Source: Alteromonas naphthalenivorans
GTDB lineage: Bacteria > Babelota > Babeliae > Babelales > CAIQNR01
Direction: 5' to 3'
Length of the DNA stretch: 20,300 bases
Assembly: GCA_047631715.1 (NCBI GenBank)
Contig: JBLICC010000015.1
Coordinates: 1-20,300 of the forward strand
This document shows, piece by piece, positions 15,060 to 20,300 of this stretch. The notes beneath the pieces were generated by a model. It was not told the DNA's origin and made no database searches. It saw only the letters and a list, made by a program, of their open reading frames with translations. Within the stretch, counting starts at the first letter, position 1, and every line of letters begins with the position of its first letter. The position numbers and the translations under genes were made by a program.

Positions 15060-16211
15060 TTAGGATAAGTTTTTTTTGTTTTTTTCAGCAAGACTTTTGT
15101 AATGAAAGATGTTTCTTTGGTGATCAATGTGTGTGATCCATAAAAGACAAAACGAAAGAAGAAAGCTTAGTTGGAAGTCAAGGAAGAAAACATGAAAGGG
15201 GTTATGCAGTAAGAGCAATAAGCATACTGAGCAAATAGCATGAAGGGGATGAACTTTTGATTGAGCAAATGTTCCAGCCTTGTAAAGAGCATAGACTATA
15301 AAGGCTCGTAAGAATGAAAGACTAGACCAGGAAAATAAAAAATAAGTAAGAAGAAAAAATGAAATAATAAAATGTTTGCAAGCGAAAGAGAGTGGAAGCG
15401 AGTTTAGAAGAAAGTGCCAGATCATAATAAATACAATTAGATGAAGGCCGGATCTGGCAAGGTGGTGGAGAATTCCCCATTTTTTAAAATGTTGTTTATG
15501 TGGTGCTAGGGTGTTTGTAACAGGGTTTCGATTTCCAATAAAAAGAGAAGAAAATAGAGAGAAGGTTTGGCGAGAAAATTTTTTTCGCAACTTTATTTGA
15601 AGAAGTTCTCGTTGCCAGAAGATCCAGTTTAAAAAAGATCGTGTCGGCCGGTGAACCTTAGTGTATAAAATTTTATCGGAAAAACTTGTGCCTGCAACTC
15701 CCTCTCTTTTTAAATAGAGCGCAAAACCGCCTTCGGCAGGTTCTTTTATAGTGAGAGGGCCACACTGTATTGTATCTTGCACCCATCCATAAATTCGGTT
15801 TCTTGAGTAAATATAGACTACAAAAGGATAAGGGAGCAAGCCTTGATCAGTTTTTATTTTTGAAACATTTAATCGAACTCGATGTTTCCAAAAAGAGTGA
15901 TCAATGAATGCTTTGTCGGTGATTACTCCCTCGACTATAACGTTTTTAAGAGTGGGAACAGGGAGTCTTGTATAAGAAGATGAGTACATATAGGTAGCGA
16001 GCCCAAGAAAAGTAAAAAGAAACATGATTTTTGTATTAAGGCAGACATCCTTTTTAAGGCACATTGCGACGATTAAGGTGGGAGCGATTAAGAGTAGGCT
16101 ATGGTGAGCTAAAAAAATTCCACTAATAAAACCAAGAGCTCCCCAAAAAGAAAGAGGGAGCTTAAGAGATAAGAAGGGTATTTTGTGTAAGAATTTTTCT
16201 ATATGTATCAT
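15060..16211 (-). CDS. comEC: ComEC/Rec2-family competence membrane protein, short form
   Basis: N-terminal TM helices plus an OB-like region (VEGVI..., F..YL...G), and the Competence-domain motifs F..WGILHHLARSGLHL, SFLRAFI and LLHNPF....DFQLSF. No metallo-beta-lactamase domain. Confidence 0.82.
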   Translation of the reverse strand: MIHIEKFLHKIPFLSLKLPLSFWGALGFISGIFLAHHSLLLIAPTLIVAMCLKKDVCLNTKIMFLFTFLGLATYMYSSSYTRLPVPTLKNVIVEGVITDKAFIDHSFWKHRVRLNVSKIKTDQGLLPYPFVVYIYSRNRIYGWVQDTIQCGPLTIKEPAEGGFALYLKREGVAGTSFSDKILYTKVHRPTRSFLNWIFWQRELLQIKLRKKFSRQTFSLFSSLFIGNRNPVTNTLAPHKQHFKKWGILHHLARSGLHLIVFIMIWHFLLNSLPLSFACKHFIISFFLLTYFLFSWSSLSFLRAFIVYALYKAGTFAQSKVHPLHAICSVCLLLLLHNPFHVFFLDFQLSFLLSFCLLWITHIDHQRNIFHYKSLAEKNKKNLS

Positions 16212-16334
16212 TTTTAAAATAAAATATTATCGATGCTAGAGCTTTTTTGTTGTTTTAATATGCACATTGGGATTATCATTTTTTTCGAAAAGAAAACTTT
16301 CCGACAGTACAATAATAGCTTTCTGTAGGGATTT

Positions 16335-17147
16335 TTACAAGATAAGAATGTTTAGAGGTGCGATAAAAAGCCGCAACCTTTCAGTGGAAACGTGTTCAAG
16401 CGAGGGATAAAGTGATTCACTGGGAGAAAAAGAAGGGATCAAAGAAGAGGCTTCAAGTAGTTGTTTTTGTCTATGAAGTTGTTGGCAGGGCAAGCTGGAT
16501 GTGATTAAGGTTGTTTTTTCGTATTCGAGGGTTGTTATTTTATCGATTAGTGATGTAATTTTTTTCACCCTTTTTTCTTTAAGGTACCCTTGGTGGCCTT
16601 GTTGGAGGGCTTTGTAAGCTTTTGTTGAAAGCAAAAGATGAAGGGATTGTTGTTGTTCTTTGAGTACAGCATCTTTAAGGGCATTAATGGAGTTTTGTTT
16701 TTTTTGAAGAAGGATAACGTCGTCTGCATTATCCATAAGCCAGGCTCGTTCTTTTTGTAAAAAAGATTTAACGGTATTGTCCAATTTGGACGAGGGTTTC
16801 AATAGGTTTGAAATAGCCTCAAGGAGTTCGGGGTGTGGTTGCAGATAGGCGTATCCTTCTAGGGTACAGAGAAGAGTATGAGTTGTTTGTAGGGCAAAGA
16901 AGGATTTATATTCAGGAGTTGATTTTAAAGCTTTAAGAAGATTATTAATACTCTTCCATTCCGGGCTATTTTCAAGAAGGGCGCTTTCTTGCCTTAGGGT
17001 TAAAGTTTTTTTCTTTATTTGAGGGCTTAAGTACGAAGAGGCTTTCGATTGGGCCTTTTCTAACTCGTTATTTATTGTGTTTATATTTAATGAAAAGGAA
17101 AAAATAGGAAAAAAGGCGATAAAAAGAGAAAAAGTTTTGATCTTCAT
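16335..17147 (-). CDS. Hypothetical exported, largely alpha-helical protein (270 aa)
   Basis: Strong RBS AAGGAGG before ATG 17147; signal-peptide-like MKIKTFSLFIAFFPIFSFS; L/K/Q/E-rich; no family recognised. Confidence 0.8.
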   Translation of the reverse strand: MKIKTFSLFIAFFPIFSFSLNINTINNELEKAQSKASSYLSPQIKKKTLTLRQESALLENSPEWKSINNLLKALKSTPEYKSFFALQTTHTLLCTLEGYAYLQPHPELLEAISNLLKPSSKLDNTVKSFLQKERAWLMDNADDVILLQKKQNSINALKDAVLKEQQQSLHLLLSTKAYKALQQGHQGYLKEKRVKKITSLIDKITTLEYEKTTLITSSLPCQQLHRQKQLLEASSLIPSFSPSESLYPSLEHVSTERLRLFIAPLNILIL

Positions 17148-17201
17148 TGTCCTCCTTAATGTTAAATTAGGGTAAGCGCTCATTGCCAATAAGTGTGTAT
17201 A

Positions 17202-17210
17202 AGTGTACCA
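17202..17210 (-). promoter_or_regulatory. Candidate extended -10 promoter (TGGTACACT) for the hypothetical gene
   Basis: TGn-TAnnnT match in the divergent intergenic gap, 54 nt upstream of ATG 17147. Confidence 0.45.
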
Positions 17211-17252
17211 TTCTTAATAGTATGATCCATAGAAAGTATAGAGGAATAATAA

Positions 17253-19898
17253 ATGCAGACAATGGTTTTTAAAAAGGTTCTTTTAAACGGGCTAACAGTA
17301 CTTGTTCGTCCAGTTAATTCTATCCCTAAAGTGGCAACTCGATTGGTATATCATGTGGGCTCGAAAGATGAACAAACTGGCCAGAAAGGCCTTGCGCATC
17401 TTATAGAACATATGATTTTTAAAGGAACAAAAAAACTTTCAGAGTCTGACATTAACGTTATTGCGGAAAAACTTTCTGGATATACTAACGCTTATACTTC
17501 TCACGATACGACGGGTTACATTTTTGATTTTCCAACTCAGCATTGGCAAGAGGCGTTGCATTTGTATGCCGACTGCATGCAAAATGCTCGATTTGATGAG
17601 CAAATGTTGAACTCAGAAATGAAGGCGGTTATTCAAGAATTAAAAATGTATAAAGATGATTATTTTAGTGATCTTGCAGAAAAAATGCTGCAGTCAATGT
17701 TCGCAGATCATCCGTATCATTATCCTATTATTGGATTTAAGCAAGATTTATGGAACGTAAAACGAGATGCTCTTTTTGCTTTTTACAAGAAGCATTATGT
17801 TCCAAATAATGCGGTGCTTGTTGTTGTTGGTGATGTAAACCCAGATGAGGTGTTTACACAAGCAGAGAAAATTTTTGAAGGCATAAAGAAAGATGAAGAT
17901 TATGCGCGACAAGAGTTTTATATTGGTAGAGATTTAAGCGCAACAACTGTTACGCTTAAGCGAGACATTAAGCATCCTATGATGCTGTTGGCATCTGTTT
18001 TGCCGGGAGAAAAAGCAAAAAAACGTTATATTTTTGAGATGATATCTATACTTTTGGGCCGAGGAAAAAGTTCTCGATTATATAAAAAACTTGTTGATGA
18101 GTTACACATAGCAACAGATGTTGCGGTGATGCTTGATCGGCTAGAAGATGCGACAGTTGCCTTTATTTATGTAGAGCCAAAAAAAGAACAAGATATAGAA
18201 AAAATTATAAAAATAGTTCACGCAGAAATAGCATTACTGATCAGTGATGGCATTGCTGATCGCGAACTAAAGCGTGCAACTAAGGCGATAAAAGTTGCTC
18301 ATATAAGCGCTTTAGAAAGTAATGAAAAGCAGGCTGATGCAATAGTAAGCAGCTTTATAAAAACAGGTGATGAAAACTTTGTTTTTGACTATGTTGATCG
18401 CTCAACAGATAACCTAGAAAAAGAAATTAAAGATGCGCTGCGTCAATACTTTTCTCCTTCCTCGATGCATTCCGGCAAAGTGTTATCTCTTAATGAAGAA
18501 GAGAGAAAGCATTGGGTTGAACTACAAAAGCTTTCTGATCAAGAAGATGCTCGAATTTTAGAGGGACGAGAAAGAAGCCTTCCTGTAGAAGGGGTTATTC
18601 ATGCTGATAAAGTTCAAGTGAAACCATCAAAGGCTTTTAGTTTTCATAAGCCAAAAAGTTTTTTGCTTTCAAATGGTTTAAAAGTATTTGTACATCAAAA
18701 TAAAAATCTTCCTAAGATTGATATTATTTTATCTTTTAAAGCTCAAAGCCATTATGATCCTGTGCATTTACAGGGCCTCTATAGTTTTATGTGTTCTATG
18801 CTTATTGAAGGAACTAAAAATTATCCAGGAATAAAGCTTGCAGAAGTGGCAGAGGATTATGGTATGGCGCTTTCAGCAGAGCCTGGATACATTGCTCTAA
18901 GTGTGTTGAGTGAAGATCTCGAAAAAGGCCTTGAGCTTTTATATGAAGTTTTAGTAAATGCATCATTTGATGAACAAGAAATAGAAAAAGTTCGTGATCA
19001 TTTATTAGCAGATCTTACAATGTATTGGGATTCACCGCGAGATTTTTCTGGTCATTTAATTAGGGAAAAGCTTTACGAAAATCATCCCTATTCTCAAAAC
19101 CCACATGGAACATTTGAAAGTGTTAAAAAAATTACTCGGAAAGACCTAATTGATTTTTATGCTGCGCACGTTTCTCCTTTGGGCGCGCGACTTTCTATTG
19201 TTGGTGATTTAGAGGATTATAATATTCAAGATGTATTAGAAAAGTTTCTGCGATCTTGGAAGCGAGAGGCTATATCTAAGAAAGTTTATCCAGCACTAAA
19301 AAAAATTACTCAACAGCGGGTATCTTACCCAATAAATAGAGATCAAATAGTTTTGGCGTTCGCTGGGGCTTCTATTAATCGTAGTCATTCTGACTTTGAC
19401 AAGTTATTGCTTTTCGATCAAATTTTTGGGGGAGGGGTTTCCAGATCTATGAACTCTCGATTATTTGCGTTACGAGAGCAAACAGGTTTGTTTTATACAA
19501 TTTCAGGATCTTTGCTTGCTGGTGTAGACGAAGAGCAAGGCATGTGTGTTATTAAAACGATTGTTTCATTGGATCGCTTAGAAGAAGCGAAAAAAGCTAT
19601 TATTAAAACAATGAGCGAAGTTATTGATTCTATTACACAAGAAGAACTCGATCGGGCAAAACAAACAGTTATGAGTAGTCGTATTGATAATTTTGTATCT
19701 AATAAAAGCATGGCGGGCACGTTTATAGCGATTGATAGATTTAATCTGGGTGATGATTATTTTGATAAGCGCGCTGATGTTTTAAAAGAAATTTCATTAG
19801 ACCAAGTTAAAGAATCTGCGCGTAAAATTTTGAATATCGAAAAAATGATTACGTTTGAGATTGGGCGATTGAAAGATGAAAAGCAACAAAATGTATGA
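17253..19898 (+). CDS. M16 family zinc peptidase (pitrilysin/PqqL-like), two-halves fusion
   Basis: GLAHLIEHMIFKGT (HxxEH), NAYTS, E..AVIQE, HPY, Y.PNNAVLVVVGD. The second half repeats the fold without HxxEH and carries SRLF.LREQTGLFY. GAGGA RBS; no signal peptide. Confidence 0.95.
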   Translation: MQTMVFKKVLLNGLTVLVRPVNSIPKVATRLVYHVGSKDEQTGQKGLAHLIEHMIFKGTKKLSESDINVIAEKLSGYTNAYTSHDTTGYIFDFPTQHWQEALHLYADCMQNARFDEQMLNSEMKAVIQELKMYKDDYFSDLAEKMLQSMFADHPYHYPIIGFKQDLWNVKRDALFAFYKKHYVPNNAVLVVVGDVNPDEVFTQAEKIFEGIKKDEDYARQEFYIGRDLSATTVTLKRDIKHPMMLLASVLPGEKAKKRYIFEMISILLGRGKSSRLYKKLVDELHIATDVAVMLDRLEDATVAFIYVEPKKEQDIEKIIKIVHAEIALLISDGIADRELKRATKAIKVAHISALESNEKQADAIVSSFIKTGDENFVFDYVDRSTDNLEKEIKDALRQYFSPSSMHSGKVLSLNEEERKHWVELQKLSDQEDARILEGRERSLPVEGVIHADKVQVKPSKAFSFHKPKSFLLSNGLKVFVHQNKNLPKIDIILSFKAQSHYDPVHLQGLYSFMCSMLIEGTKNYPGIKLAEVAEDYGMALSAEPGYIALSVLSEDLEKGLELLYEVLVNASFDEQEIEKVRDHLLADLTMYWDSPRDFSGHLIREKLYENHPYSQNPHGTFESVKKITRKDLIDFYAAHVSPLGARLSIVGDLEDYNIQDVLEKFLRSWKREAISKKVYPALKKITQQRVSYPINRDQIVLAFAGASINRSHSDFDKLLLFDQIFGGGVSRSMNSRLFALREQTGLFYTISGSLLAGVDEEQGMCVIKTIVSLDRLEEAKKAIIKTMSEVIDSITQEELDRAKQTVMSSRIDNFVSNKSMAGTFIAIDRFNLGDDYFDKRADVLKEISLDQVKESARKILNIEKMITFEIGRLKDEKQQNV

Positions 19899-20300
19899 TT
19901 GTTCAGCAAGATCCGTTACAAGAATTTCATGAGCGTTTTTCTAAGGAACTTAAAAATCAAGAATTTTCGCCAAGGTTATTAGAGTATTTTAGGCAAGATA
20001 TTTGGGTTTTTTATCGTAAACATAAACGTGATTTTTCTTGGCGCAATACAACAGATCCATATAAAATTGTAGTTTCAGAAGTTATGCTGCAACAAACACA
20101 AACACAGCGAGTTGTTGAAAAATTTAAGTCATTTACGCAAAAATTTCCAACGTTTAAAGATCTTGCTAGTGCGCCAACAAGAGCAGTATTGGCTGAATGG
20201 GTTGGTCTTGGTTATAATCGACGAGGCTTGGCGCTGCATGGTATTGCCCAAAGAGTTACAAACGAGTTTGGCGGAGTGCTTCCAGATGATCCAGAAATTT
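19895..20300 (+). CDS. mutY: A/G-specific adenine glycosylase MutY, 3'-truncated by window edge (absent from ORF track)
   Basis: Manual translation from the ATGA overlap at 19895: MIVQQDP...RDFSWRNTTDPYKIVVSEVMLQQTQ...FPTFKDLASA...WVGLGYNRR...FGGVLPDDPEI. Confidence 0.93.
   Translation, partial: MIVQQDPLQEFHERFSKELKNQEFSPRLLEYFRQDIWVFYRKHKRDFSWRNTTDPYKIVVSEVMLQQTQTQRVVEKFKSFTQKFPTFKDLASAPTRAVLAEWVGLGYNRRGLALHGIAQRVTNEFGGVLPDDPEI

Noticed and set aside
15029..15127. N-terminal extension of clostripain copy 1 overlapping comEC (likewise 6302-6385 for nfo and 17148-17189 for the hypothetical gene)
   Set aside because: Downstream ATGs have RBSs and give proper signal peptides or family-typical N-termini.
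12881..19720. Antisense ORFs at 12881, 13122, 13223 and 19493
   Set aside because: Opposite-strand shadows of the clostripain and M16 genes.
1..20300. Canonical parS (TGTTTCACGTGAAACA) near the origin
   Set aside because: No convincing match found by eye; a motif scan would be needed to exclude degenerate copies.

Overview
AT-rich bacterial chromosomal segment from a diderm organism (secretin and outer-membrane beta-barrel present). The gene content is reminiscent of host-associated lineages such as Ca. Babelota/Dependentiae, but that is inference only. The window straddles a probable chromosomal replication origin at about 11880-12345 that is not next to dnaA. It has two oppositely oriented, 11-bp-phased arrays of four DnaA boxes, two lone flanking boxes, a DnaA-trio/AT-rich unwinding-like element, and a C-rich to G-rich strand-bias switch. 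Left arm: partial secretin (+), eno, aspS, an AlgE-like beta-barrel, nfo (+), a WecA/MraY-family transferase, infB and nusA. Right arm: two tandem secreted clostripain-family (C11) proteases downstream of a truncated ComEC, a secreted helical protein, a fused M16 peptidase (+) and partial mutY (+). The nfo-transferase gap holds an unannotated ~126-nt structured RNA candidate with two mutually exclusive folds, preceded by a palindrome and a cluster of AAAAGCAACA motifs. No CRISPR, tRNA, rRNA or mobile element was seen.
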